A DNA stretch of 64,000 nt, taken from contig JACAUB010000001.1 of NCBI GenBank assembly GCA_013390605.1, positions 2,302,021 to 2,366,020 of the forward strand, written 5' to 3'. The position numbers and the translations under genes were made by a program. Below, one piece after another: positions 29,258 through 38,587 of the stretch. Under the pieces are notes generated by a model. The model did not search any database and was not told the DNA's origin. It saw only the letters and a list, made by a program, of their open reading frames with translations. Origin of the DNA: Bacteroidota bacterium (GTDB taxonomy: Bacteria; Bacteroidota; Bacteroidia; Bacteroidales; Cfx3-03). The first letter of the stretch is position 1. The number at the start of each line of letters is the position of its first letter.

Positions 29258-32170
29258 ATGGAAAGTTTTCTGGAAAAAACCGCAGAGTATATTTACACAA
29301 ATCACAAAGATAATTTAGACCGTGTATGCCTGGTATCACCAAATCGTCGCGCTTCTCTCTATCTAAAAAAATATTTTGCCCGGTTAATAGATAAACCTAT
29401 CTGGCTTCCTGAAATGATAACAGTGGAAGACTTTGTACTGAAACATTCAGGATATGCATTAGTCGATAGCCTGAGTCTTTTATTCGAGCTCCATGCCATT
29501 CATGTTGAAATCGAGGGGGAGAAAGCACAGTCGTTCGAAAAGTTTATACAATGGGGACAGCTTCTGCTCAATGACTTTAACGAAGTGGATTTATATTTAG
29601 CCGATACCCGTCAACTATATAATTATCTAAGTGAAGATAAAGCGTTGGAGCTATGGAATCCATCAGGAGAGCCACTCACAGAATTTGAATTAAGTTATCT
29701 CTCCTTCTTTAAGTCGATGCTCACCTACTATACATGGTTAAGAGAACATCTCATACAAAAACATCAGGCCTGGCAGGGAATGGCTTACCGCAAACTGGCA
29801 GAAGATATCAACTGGATGGATCATCTGGATTGCGATAAAATCTATTTCATTGGCTTCAATGCCTTAACCAAAGCTGAAGAGATCATCACTACAAAACTTC
29901 AGCGAATGGGCAAAGCTGAGATGCTTTGGGATGCAGATCCATATTATGTAAGCAATCCTGTCCACGAAGCCGGACGCTTTCTGAGACAATATATGACTAC
30001 TGAAAAAAATGGACGTCTTCATTGGCTGGGAAACCATTTTTCAGAAGGAAACAGAAAAATCACCATTCAGGGGGTTCCCAATAAAGTAACACAAGCAAAA
30101 GAGGCGGGGCAATTAATTAAAAACCTCATTACAGAACACAAAGATCTAACAGGAACGGCATTGGTTTTAGCCGACGAAACTCTGTTACTACCTGTTCTAA
30201 ACTCAATTCCGGATGAATCGGGAGAATTCAATGTCACCATGGGATTCTCCCTAACCTATACTCCCTTGTATAGCCTAATAGATGCCATCTTTGGAATCCA
30301 TTCCACTTCAGCTCAATTTTCGTCGACTCATACAGAACCGCGCTTTTACACCAAAGAGGTCATCCGTTTTTTAATTCATCCTTATATCACAAAGTTAGGT
30401 GGTGGAACTACCAATACTCAGATCCTCATTGCAAAGCTTAGAGACACGAAAATTCCTTTTATTCCCTTAGCCAGGATTATTTCTGCAACCAGTGATGAAA
30501 AGATGATCACGTTGTTAAAAATGCTCCTCGATAAGTCGTGGCAAACAACAGCAGGAGCATTAGAAAATCTGACCTTATTAACTGACTGGCTAAGAACTTC
30601 TTTTTCAGAAAAGCCAGATAAAGAGATTTCCAAAACAATACAAAATACCAATGACAAGGAGGTCAAATCAGATACACCCAACGATTTCCCTATCGAAGAG
30701 GAGTATTTCTTCGCCTTTGCGCGACTGTTGCAGCGCTTAAAGAATATGCATGAATCTTATGTGGCCTTAAACAAAACCGAAACCCTCCGACAAATCATAC
30801 TTCAAATGATGAAGCAGGAGAAAATTCCTTTTTATGGTGAACCGTTAAAAGGAATTCAGATTATGGGGATGCTAGAGACCCGTACCCTCGATTTTGAAAG
30901 AGTAATTATTCTTGGAGCCAATGATGATCTATTACCCGGAGCCCGGAAACACGATTCATTTATTCCTTACAATATAAAAAAAGAGTTCGGTATCCCAATC
31001 TATACAGATAAAGATGCAGTAATGGCTTATCACTTCTATCGCCTGTTACAACGTGCAGAAGAGACCTGGTTATTTTATAATACAGAGCCCAATGATCTGG
31101 GAGGTGGTGATAAAAGTCGTTTCATTCTTCAACTTCTCCAGGAACTACCACTGGAAAACCCAAAAGCTATTCTTGAGAATACCATAATCTCATTATCACC
31201 GGCAAGCTTTCCAGAAAAAGAAGGAACTACCATTCAAAAAACAGATGAAGTATTTAAACAGCTTAAAGAGAAAGCAGTATCAGGTTTTTCCCCTACATCA
31301 CTATCTAAATATGTAAACTGTTCGTTACAGTTTTATTTCTCCGAGATACAGGGGTTAGCCGAAATAGAAGAGATTGAAGACACCATTGATGCAAGAGTAA
31401 TGGGAACTGTAATTCATAAGGTTTTACAGGATTATTATCAGAACTATATCAATCAATATGTAACAGCTGAACACCTCCAAATCATGTTAAAGGAGGTTTC
31501 CAAACGTACAAAAGATGCCTTTGAAGATAACGATCAGTTTAAAGGTAGCTTCAGTGAAGGCAAAAACCTTTTAATTGAGCAGGTTTCAGAACGCTATATC
31601 ACTAATTATTTAAAGAAAGAGCTTTCGATTATTAAAGAGACTAAGCAAACGCTTTTGATCAAGAATCTGGAAGAAAATATCTCTACACAAATAGAGATCC
31701 GCCTAAATAATGATGCGAATAACATGCTAAATGTCAAAGTAAAAGGAACGATAGACCGGATAGATCAATTAGGTGACGACTTACGCCTGATTGATTATAA
31801 AACTGGAAATATTGATCCTAAGACAGATCTTAAGTTGCCAGATGTAGAAGGTCTATTAACAAATCCAAAGAAAGCTAAAGTTCTTCAACTTCTCATTTAC
31901 AAATATCTTATAGAAAAAAATCCCGATAAGTTTAGTGGATCATATCGTCAAATTATTCCGGGAATTATCAGTCTTCGGAAAGTAAGCAGTTATTTGATTA
32001 CACTTGAGGAGGCAAGCATATGGGAGAAAAATGAAAGTGGGTATCAGAATTTTGAAGAGGTACTAAAAGATTTGCTTGAACAGATTTTTGATACATCAAC
32101 TCCATTCACTGCCACCACTGATATTGAACGATGTAAGTTCTGCCCTTTCAATTCAATATGCAACCGCTAA
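29258..32170 (+). CDS. AddB-like PD-(D/E)XK nuclease family protein with C-terminal Fe-S cysteines
   Basis: 970 aa with a degenerate helicase-like N-terminal region (no Walker A seen). Nuclease motifs GTIDRID ... LIDYKTG. Cys ligands CSLQFYF ... CKFCPFNSIC, as in AddB 4Fe-4S nuclease domains. Confidence 0.8.
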   Translation: MESFLEKTAEYIYTNHKDNLDRVCLVSPNRRASLYLKKYFARLIDKPIWLPEMITVEDFVLKHSGYALVDSLSLLFELHAIHVEIEGEKAQSFEKFIQWGQLLLNDFNEVDLYLADTRQLYNYLSEDKALELWNPSGEPLTEFELSYLSFFKSMLTYYTWLREHLIQKHQAWQGMAYRKLAEDINWMDHLDCDKIYFIGFNALTKAEEIITTKLQRMGKAEMLWDADPYYVSNPVHEAGRFLRQYMTTEKNGRLHWLGNHFSEGNRKITIQGVPNKVTQAKEAGQLIKNLITEHKDLTGTALVLADETLLLPVLNSIPDESGEFNVTMGFSLTYTPLYSLIDAIFGIHSTSAQFSSTHTEPRFYTKEVIRFLIHPYITKLGGGTTNTQILIAKLRDTKIPFIPLARIISATSDEKMITLLKMLLDKSWQTTAGALENLTLLTDWLRTSFSEKPDKEISKTIQNTNDKEVKSDTPNDFPIEEEYFFAFARLLQRLKNMHESYVALNKTETLRQIILQMMKQEKIPFYGEPLKGIQIMGMLETRTLDFERVIILGANDDLLPGARKHDSFIPYNIKKEFGIPIYTDKDAVMAYHFYRLLQRAEETWLFYNTEPNDLGGGDKSRFILQLLQELPLENPKAILENTIISLSPASFPEKEGTTIQKTDEVFKQLKEKAVSGFSPTSLSKYVNCSLQFYFSEIQGLAEIEEIEDTIDARVMGTVIHKVLQDYYQNYINQYVTAEHLQIMLKEVSKRTKDAFEDNDQFKGSFSEGKNLLIEQVSERYITNYLKKELSIIKETKQTLLIKNLEENISTQIEIRLNNDANNMLNVKVKGTIDRIDQLGDDLRLIDYKTGNIDPKTDLKLPDVEGLLTNPKKAKVLQLLIYKYLIEKNPDKFSGSYRQIIPGIISLRKVSSYLITLEEASIWEKNESGYQNFEEVLKDLLEQIFDTSTPFTATTDIERCKFCPFNSICNR

Positions 32171-32205
32171 TCTCTTGATTAATGAAATAGTGTGATACAA
32201 TTTGC

Positions 32206-32883
32206 TTAGTCGGTAGCAAAAAGCGATGCTATCAAAGCATCTGTTATTTCATCATGATTCTTAGCAGTAACATCTGGTATCATGAATGTGTCAGATGTAA
32301 GAGAAGTTAACAATCCGATAACCTTACATCCGGCAGCCTTGGCAGCCTCCGCACCATGTATAGAATCTTCTATAACAACACTTTGATCTGCTTCAATATT
32401 CAATAACGATAATGCTTTAAAATAAATCTCAGGATTGGGCTTGCCCTGTTTTACAAGTTCTTCATAAACTAATACATCAAAATAAACGCTTAATTCCAAC
32501 CTATCCAATACAAAATCAAGATTACTAAGTGGCGAAGATGTTGCTACACCCAGTTTTAAACCATTACTTTTTAATCGTTGCAGCAAAGGAATCAATCCTT
32601 GAACAGGTTCTATATGATCAGAAAAAATATTACGATATAGTGCCTCTTTCTCTTCTCCCATCATAGAGACTTCAGCATCTGATAAAGATCGTTTAAATAA
32701 AAACTCAAGATACCGTCGGTTCGTAGCACCAAAACCAATTAAATTAAAAAGATCAATATCCCCAAATCCCAATTGTTTTGCATAACTATTCCATGCAAGA
32801 CGATGATATTGCATATTATCAACCATTACACCGTCCATATCAAAAATCAGTGCGGTGCAATGGGGCTTTTTAGAAAAGCTCAT
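32206..32883 (-). CDS. HAD-IA family hydrolase (beta-phosphoglucomutase-like)
   Basis: Motif I LIFDMDGVMVDN and motif IV VIEDSIHGAEAAKAAG. Starts 3 nt after the mgsA stop. Confidence 0.88.
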   Translation of the reverse strand: MSFSKKPHCTALIFDMDGVMVDNMQYHRLAWNSYAKQLGFGDIDLFNLIGFGATNRRYLEFLFKRSLSDAEVSMMGEEKEALYRNIFSDHIEPVQGLIPLLQRLKSNGLKLGVATSSPLSNLDFVLDRLELSVYFDVLVYEELVKQGKPNPEIYFKALSLLNIEADQSVVIEDSIHGAEAAKAAGCKVIGLLTSLTSDTFMIPDVTAKNHDEITDALIASLFATD

Positions 32884-32885
32884 TA

Positions 32886-33371
32886 TTAATCTTTTTTATC
32901 AGAAGAATCTACAATTCGGTTAATATAATCCTCATAATTCTTAACGAGAGGCTTATAATCCGTTTTAAAAAGAGGAGAAGATATTAGAAAATCAGCAGTA
33001 GAACGATTAGCAGCAACCGGAATATTATAAAGAACTGTAATTCTGAGTAGTGCTTTAACATCGACATCATGAGGTTGTGGCATCATCGGATCCCAGAAAA
33101 AGATAAAGATATCAATTTTACCATCCACAATCATAGCACCTAACTGCTGATCACCTCCTAAAGGCCCTGATTTTAAACGATTAAGACGATATGAAGTATC
33201 AGGATGCTTTGCCACATACCTACGAAATGCAAGATCTATTAGTTTACCCGTTGTTCCTGTACATATTATATCATGATGGATTAATGTACCAATATTAAAT
33301 TCCACCCATTCGAGCAAGTCATGTTTCATATTATCATGAGCAACAAGCCCTATACATTTTCTTTTAATCAT
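32886..33371 (-). CDS. mgsA: methylglyoxal synthase
   Basis: IGLVAHDNMKHDL ... CTGTTGKLI ... SGPLGGDQQLGAMI ... FFWDPMMPQPHDVDVKALLR. Start set to the ATG at 33371, because the listed 33422 is TTG and lies inside the -7 box. Confidence 0.92.
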   Translation of the reverse strand: MIKRKCIGLVAHDNMKHDLLEWVEFNIGTLIHHDIICTGTTGKLIDLAFRRYVAKHPDTSYRLNRLKSGPLGGDQQLGAMIVDGKIDIFIFFWDPMMPQPHDVDVKALLRITVLYNIPVAANRSTADFLISSPLFKTDYKPLVKNYEDYINRIVDSSDKKD

Positions 33372-33419
33372 AAATTTCAATTTTAAAAAGTGTTGATAAT
33401 TGTACCAAATTATTTGTTG

Positions 33420-33427
33420 CAAAATTA
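33420..33427 (-). promoter_or_regulatory. putative -7 box (TAATTTTG) for mgsA
   Basis: The minus strand reads TAATTTTG, 49 nt upstream of the ATG at 33371. Confidence 0.4.
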
Positions 33428-33585
33428 CAAAACAATAGGCAAAGATTTTAGCATTTCAATGTAGTATTAAAAACTTAACAAAAACTGCTATTATCAAAAC
33501 ATCACAAAGAAATTTCAGTCTAAAAACAATCAAAATTTAGACTATACTTTTTTCAAGAGACACTTGCATTTGTCAAAAAAATTAC

Positions 33586-33593
33586 TACTTTTG
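33586..33593 (+). promoter_or_regulatory. putative -7 box (TACTTTTG) for pfkA
   Basis: TACTTTTG, 73 nt upstream of the pfkA ATG. The word TACTTTTGCA is the same as in front of nuoA. Confidence 0.4.
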
Positions 33594-33665
33594 CAAAAAA
33601 TTTATAAAGTGCCGCAGAAGGTCTTTTACAGAAATGAAGGAAAAAGTTAAAGCTACATACATTTT

Positions 33666-34760
33666 ATGAAACGAGTTTTAGTATTGACAGGCGGTGGAGA
33701 TTGTCCGGGACTTAATGCAGTTATTAGGGCAATTGTTCACAGAGCTTCACAGGAGAAAGACTGGGAAGTAATCGGAAGTATCCAGGCATTTGATGGCGTA
33801 TTGAAAGAGCCTACAGAAATTATGGTATTGGATGAAAAAGCAGTTCAAGATATCCATGCTTTGGGTGGAACTATTATCGGAACAACCAATAAAGGTGGTC
33901 CCTTTGCTTGGCCTATTAAGAACAAAGATGGTTCATGGGGTGAAGTAGATCGTTCAGACGAAATGATTCGCAAACTGCAATACATGGGTATTGATGCAGT
34001 TATCAGTATAGGTGGAGATGGTTCACAACGTATTTCACAAGCACTTTTCGAAAAGGGCATGAATGTAATCGGTGTTCCTAAAACCATTGATAATGACCTT
34101 TCTTCAACAGACTTTACTTTCGGTTACCAAACTGCTGTACAGATTGCAACTGAAGCTGTTGATAAATTGAAGACGACTGCAATGAGCCACAACCGTGTAC
34201 TTGTACTCGAAGTTATGGGTCGTTATGCAGGATGGATTGCTTTATGTGCTGCTATAGCAGGTGGTGCAGATGTTTGTTTGATTCCTGAAATCCCTTACGA
34301 TATAGATAAAGTAATGGAGAAAATTGAATCAAGATACCATAAAGATAAAGGTTATGCCCTTATTGTTGTAGCCGAAGGTGCTAAGAACATTAATGGCGAA
34401 TTAGTTACTAAAAAATCAGACGAAGTTGGATACGAAAACCTACGTTTAGGTGGTGTTGCAAGTCGTTTGGTTGCAGATCTAAAAGAAGCTGGCTGTCCTT
34501 ATGACATGCGCGAAACTATTTTAGGTCACTTACAACGTGGAGGCTCTCCTATTGCTTACGACCGTATCCTGGCTACTCAGTTTGGTGTTAAAGCAATGGA
34601 ATTAGTATTAGAAGAAGATTTTGGTAAAATGGTTGCTTACCGTCATCCTGATATCATTGCAGTTCCTTTCACTGAAGCTATTGCAAAATATAATTTCGTT
34701 GAGAAAGATTCAGCATTGGTTCAAACCGGACGTGGTGTTGGCATCTGTTTCGGAGACTAA
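33666..34760 (+). CDS. pfkA: 6-phosphofructokinase
   Basis: LTGGGDCPGLNAVIR, IGGDGS, PKTIDNDL and MGRYAGWIAL motifs. 364 aa. Confidence 0.93.
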   Translation: MKRVLVLTGGGDCPGLNAVIRAIVHRASQEKDWEVIGSIQAFDGVLKEPTEIMVLDEKAVQDIHALGGTIIGTTNKGGPFAWPIKNKDGSWGEVDRSDEMIRKLQYMGIDAVISIGGDGSQRISQALFEKGMNVIGVPKTIDNDLSSTDFTFGYQTAVQIATEAVDKLKTTAMSHNRVLVLEVMGRYAGWIALCAAIAGGADVCLIPEIPYDIDKVMEKIESRYHKDKGYALIVVAEGAKNINGELVTKKSDEVGYENLRLGGVASRLVADLKEAGCPYDMRETILGHLQRGGSPIAYDRILATQFGVKAMELVLEEDFGKMVAYRHPDIIAVPFTEAIAKYNFVEKDSALVQTGRGVGICFGD

Positions 34761-34787
34761 TTTATCTAACCACGATAAACGATATAG

Positions 34788-34820
34788 GAGGTTGTCTTTT
34801 TAAGACAACCTCTTTTTTTT
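34788..34820 (+). terminator. intrinsic terminator after pfkA
   Basis: Stem GAGGTTGTCTT / AAGACAACCTC followed by a T8 run. Confidence 0.8.
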
Positions 34821-34936
34821 ACTCCATTTTCAATCCAAGTCGCCATTAAAATGCCAACCATAAACAGTTTGAGCACTCCGATTAAAATGGACGTATCATC
34901 TTTGAACCTATCCTATTTCTTTCTGTTTCTTTTAAT

Positions 34937-35716
34937 ATGACTACATCTGAACGATTAAGCCGAATTGAACTACACTCCTTTTTAGAAGAAAAGGTGGCAC
35001 AATACAATGACTCTTCATTTATTCAAAGCGACCCCATCTCTATACCACATCAATTTACAAAAAAAGAAGATATTGAGATATCTGGTTTTATAACAGCTAT
35101 CCTTTCTTGGGGTCAGCGAAAAGCCATTATCCAGAAAGCAACACTTTTTATGCAGCTGATGGATAATGCGCCCTACGATTTCATCACGAATATGCAAGAT
35201 CCCGATCTTCAGGTATTTCATAAGTATGTATACAGAACCTTCAATGCCGAGGATGCATTCTACATGATTAAACGTCTACAATGGATTTATCTCCATAAAG
35301 GTGGGCTGGAGCAAACTTTCTCGAATCAATTTAAGGCAGGAGCCTTTGAAGCTATAACATCCTTTAGACACTCTTTTACAGAGAATACACTACCAGGCAG
35401 AACCGGTCGGCATCTGGCCGATCCCACTAAAGGATCAGCAGCAAAACGAATTAATATGTTCCTTAGGTGGATGGTTAGAGATGATAAAAAAGGTGTTGAT
35501 TTCGGTTTATGGAAATCACTCTCCCCTTCTTTACTTATTTGTCCTCTCGATGTGCATAGTGGTCGTGTAGCACGAAAACTTGGAATCTTAACAAGAAATC
35601 AAAACGACAAAAAAGCAGCTGAAGAACTCACCAGCTGCTTAATTGAATTGGATCCAAAAGATCCTGTTAAATATGATTTTGCACTTTTTGGATTAGGTGT
35701 ATTCGAAAAATTTTAG
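34937..35716 (+). CDS. TIGR02757 (DUF2400) family protein
   Basis: FLEEKVAQYN...FIQSDPISIPHQF..KEDIEISGFITAILSWGQRKAII matches my recollection of the conserved N-terminus of this family. 259 aa. Confidence 0.75.
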   Translation: MTTSERLSRIELHSFLEEKVAQYNDSSFIQSDPISIPHQFTKKEDIEISGFITAILSWGQRKAIIQKATLFMQLMDNAPYDFITNMQDPDLQVFHKYVYRTFNAEDAFYMIKRLQWIYLHKGGLEQTFSNQFKAGAFEAITSFRHSFTENTLPGRTGRHLADPTKGSAAKRINMFLRWMVRDDKKGVDFGLWKSLSPSLLICPLDVHSGRVARKLGILTRNQNDKKAAEELTSCLIELDPKDPVKYDFALFGLGVFEKF

Positions 35717-35718
35717 TT

Positions 35719-37173
35719 TTAATTTCGAATCACCTGTCTTACTCCATTCGGGAAAGCACACATAAATGCATCTTTAAGCCCACGCGAACGATAACTCTCA
35801 AGGTTTTGTTTAGCTGCCGAATAGGCTGTATATGAGCCAACATAATAACGATACCAACCATCCGTCATTTCCACTGTAACTTTTTCGCTGATATTCATTT
35901 TCTTAGCTATTGTTTCAACAGGGATATTCTCTTTACTAGCTTGAATTTGAATTTTATAAATAGTACCGGGTTCAAAAGTTACCGGAATAGCTTTCGCACT
36001 GGCTTTTGTATTTACACTTCTTGAAACAGGTGCACCAACACCAGACCGAGAGCTACCCGTTGGTCCAATTCCTCGTGTAATCTTTATCGTTCGTCCTTTA
36101 AATTTATGTTCCTTAATCTTCTTAACCTCCAATGTGTCTACAGCTGTCTTCTTATTATAGACACCAGTAATCTCAAACTGTCCCGGATTGTTAGGGTCGG
36201 CCCATCTGTTATCATCCTTATTATTTCCTGTAGCTGATTGGTTTTGATTAAGAGGTATCTTTTTTATAACCGGAGGAGGAATCATAGGATTAAAACCAGT
36301 ATAATCTATAACTTCGGGTAGTGTTCTTGGAGCACTTTTAAATACCGATGATCTCTTTGGTTGTCTGATTGGGGTTGTAGGTTCATAGATTGGCTCACTA
36401 TATGATGAAACTGCTCTAGAATTAGAAGAAGAGCCTCTTTCTTTTCTTTTGGATATACCAGACATAAGTTTTTGTATGTTAAAAGTAAGTCCAACCTTGG
36501 TTGTTGTAAACTTATCGTACTTACTAGTATAATAGCCATCAAGCATATGAGTATTCGCAAACCGGTACGAATTTTCAACGGATAGCCATAATCCTTCAGC
36601 CAGTTGATAGTTCAATCCTATTGTAATAGGTGCAATCAACATGCTTTTAGTAGCAGCCGTACTATCTAATGAAACCTTATCTATCAATAACGTATTCGCA
36701 GTTGCATATCCAAAACCCGTAGAAAGATACACATTCCACTTACTATCAACACTTCTGTTTTTATCAAAAAGATTATTTAAATTAAAAATCCCATATAGTC
36801 CTATTTCGGTAATATCACCTGAAGAAGAAAAGAGAGAATGAATTGTATTATCCAAAGGAGTAGGAAGCGAGTCACTATTACAAAAGAAATGAGATTTTCC
36901 AAATTCAGCTTTTAGCGCAAAAGAAGACGAAATTTGTTTACTAACATTAAGACTAAATGAAGATTTAGATTCACCGCTCAGTTTAGCAAAATAGCCTTTT
37001 GAATTTAGATCTCCGCTTAACTGAGCAATGCCATAATGAAAGCCAAATGTCCAAAACTGATCATCTGAAGCTATTCGTGGTTTACTGCCATCAAACTGAG
37101 CAAAGGCTGAATAAACTGAAAGCAGTGCAAACAGAGAAATAACTATAGTTTTCATATTCAGAAAGTTCTTCAT
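35719..37173 (-). CDS. outer-membrane beta-barrel protein with C-terminal SPOR domain
   Basis: Signal peptide, N-terminal region of alternating beta-strands, a Pro/Ser-rich linker, and a C-terminal SPOR-like YKIQIQASKE...GWYRYYVGSYTAYSAAKQNLESYRSRGLKDAF. Confidence 0.75.
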   Translation of the reverse strand: MKNFLNMKTIVISLFALLSVYSAFAQFDGSKPRIASDDQFWTFGFHYGIAQLSGDLNSKGYFAKLSGESKSSFSLNVSKQISSSFALKAEFGKSHFFCNSDSLPTPLDNTIHSLFSSSGDITEIGLYGIFNLNNLFDKNRSVDSKWNVYLSTGFGYATANTLLIDKVSLDSTAATKSMLIAPITIGLNYQLAEGLWLSVENSYRFANTHMLDGYYTSKYDKFTTTKVGLTFNIQKLMSGISKRKERGSSSNSRAVSSYSEPIYEPTTPIRQPKRSSVFKSAPRTLPEVIDYTGFNPMIPPPVIKKIPLNQNQSATGNNKDDNRWADPNNPGQFEITGVYNKKTAVDTLEVKKIKEHKFKGRTIKITRGIGPTGSSRSGVGAPVSRSVNTKASAKAIPVTFEPGTIYKIQIQASKENIPVETIAKKMNISEKVTVEMTDGWYRYYVGSYTAYSAAKQNLESYRSRGLKDAFMCAFPNGVRQVIRN

Positions 37174-37182
37174 AAAGAAATA

Positions 37183-38367
37183 TTATTTAAAATACATCTT
37201 GAGGTATTCAGTAGCTTGAGGAACACCTAATTCAACAGCACGCTGCCAATCACCACGGGCTCCTTCCAGATCCTTCATGAAATACCTAACAGTACCTCTA
37301 TTTAAAAATACTTGTCCCCATAATGGTAAATACTGTTTATCAGAAGGTTTCAGCGTAACAGCTTTATTAAAATCAAATAATGCAGCTTCTGGATCCTTCA
37401 GTTTATATTTAGCATTTCCACGATAAGCATATACCGGATAGAATTTTTGATCAGGTTGTAGGCGAATAGCATTCGTAAAATCAGTTATAGAATTATAAAA
37501 ATCGCCTCTTTCATACTCACGTACCCCTTTAATGAAAAAGCCCTGAAAGTCTGTTGGCTCTTCTCCCAATGGGGTATCTATTAGGGCCATAATAGAGGCA
37601 CCACTAAAGAATGAAGAAAAAGAGGATCGCTTTGTCTCAAAATACGACTTATTAAATAACTGTCCCTTTATATCATCCATCAAATAAGGTTGATATAGTT
37701 TCTCACTGGGGAATGTCTTTATTATTTTGAATTTAACATGGTCCTTACCATCTAAATTATAAGGCATCACCCCGATAATTAAGTTCTGAGGGTTTATAAT
37801 ACGATTACCCGAAATTCGTTGGATAGCAGTGGCTATCTCATAATCAACATCCTTCTGTTCATAATTTTCAATCTTTCCACCAACAATAACCTCAAAATTC
37901 ACACTATTGGTAGATCCATTAGTAAGCGTATCCGGTAATACATGTAAAATTTTCTCTGCCGGAAAAACATAAAAGTCGAGACATTTTCCAATATAAAAGC
38001 CCTCTTTAATCGTTGGAAACTCATATTTAGGGATTAAATATTTAAAGATAAGAACACCTACCGTTTTTCCATTCAGTTGTGCATCTCTAATCTCCATCTC
38101 CGAAATATTATCCAATCCCAGTACTCTATCTGGCAATGCATATTTTGGATCTGGATTCCGAATTATATTTTTTGCACTGATCCATTTATTATTATTGTTT
38201 AACACCCAGCCACTAATATCAGTCAGGTGAGATTTTATATGACTTACCGGTTGTTCAGGAGCCCCCTGAACCAGCGGTTCTTTACTACTCGTCTTCTTTT
38301 TCCAGAACTGAGCATCCACAGTACTATGGAAAATAAATAAAATGAATATAAGGCAAAAACCCCTCAT
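37183..38367 (-). CDS. secreted hypothetical protein with C-terminal TPR repeats
   Basis: Signal peptide MRGFCLIFILFIFHSTVDAQ and about 3 TPR-like repeats at the C-terminus (GDFYNSITDFTNAIRLQP..., AALFDFNKAVTLKP..., ARGDWQRAVELG). 10 nt upstream of the SPOR gene. Confidence 0.7.
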   Translation of the reverse strand: MRGFCLIFILFIFHSTVDAQFWKKKTSSKEPLVQGAPEQPVSHIKSHLTDISGWVLNNNNKWISAKNIIRNPDPKYALPDRVLGLDNISEMEIRDAQLNGKTVGVLIFKYLIPKYEFPTIKEGFYIGKCLDFYVFPAEKILHVLPDTLTNGSTNSVNFEVIVGGKIENYEQKDVDYEIATAIQRISGNRIINPQNLIIGVMPYNLDGKDHVKFKIIKTFPSEKLYQPYLMDDIKGQLFNKSYFETKRSSFSSFFSGASIMALIDTPLGEEPTDFQGFFIKGVREYERGDFYNSITDFTNAIRLQPDQKFYPVYAYRGNAKYKLKDPEAALFDFNKAVTLKPSDKQYLPLWGQVFLNRGTVRYFMKDLEGARGDWQRAVELGVPQATEYLKMYFK

Positions 38368-38587
38368 AATAAAATGTTTATCAGTATGATAAATAGAAAA
38401 ATATAAAAAATAATATCACTTTGAATGCGCTGATAATTCTTCGAAAATGATTACAACTATCAAATTCTTTTTTTCGCGTCACCATATAGTAATACTCAAC
38501 CTTTCGAAACAGTAAAAATAAGAAAAAACATTACAAATAGCCAGACTTTTTATTATTGTTGTCAACTATTTTATGTTAATAACTTTC

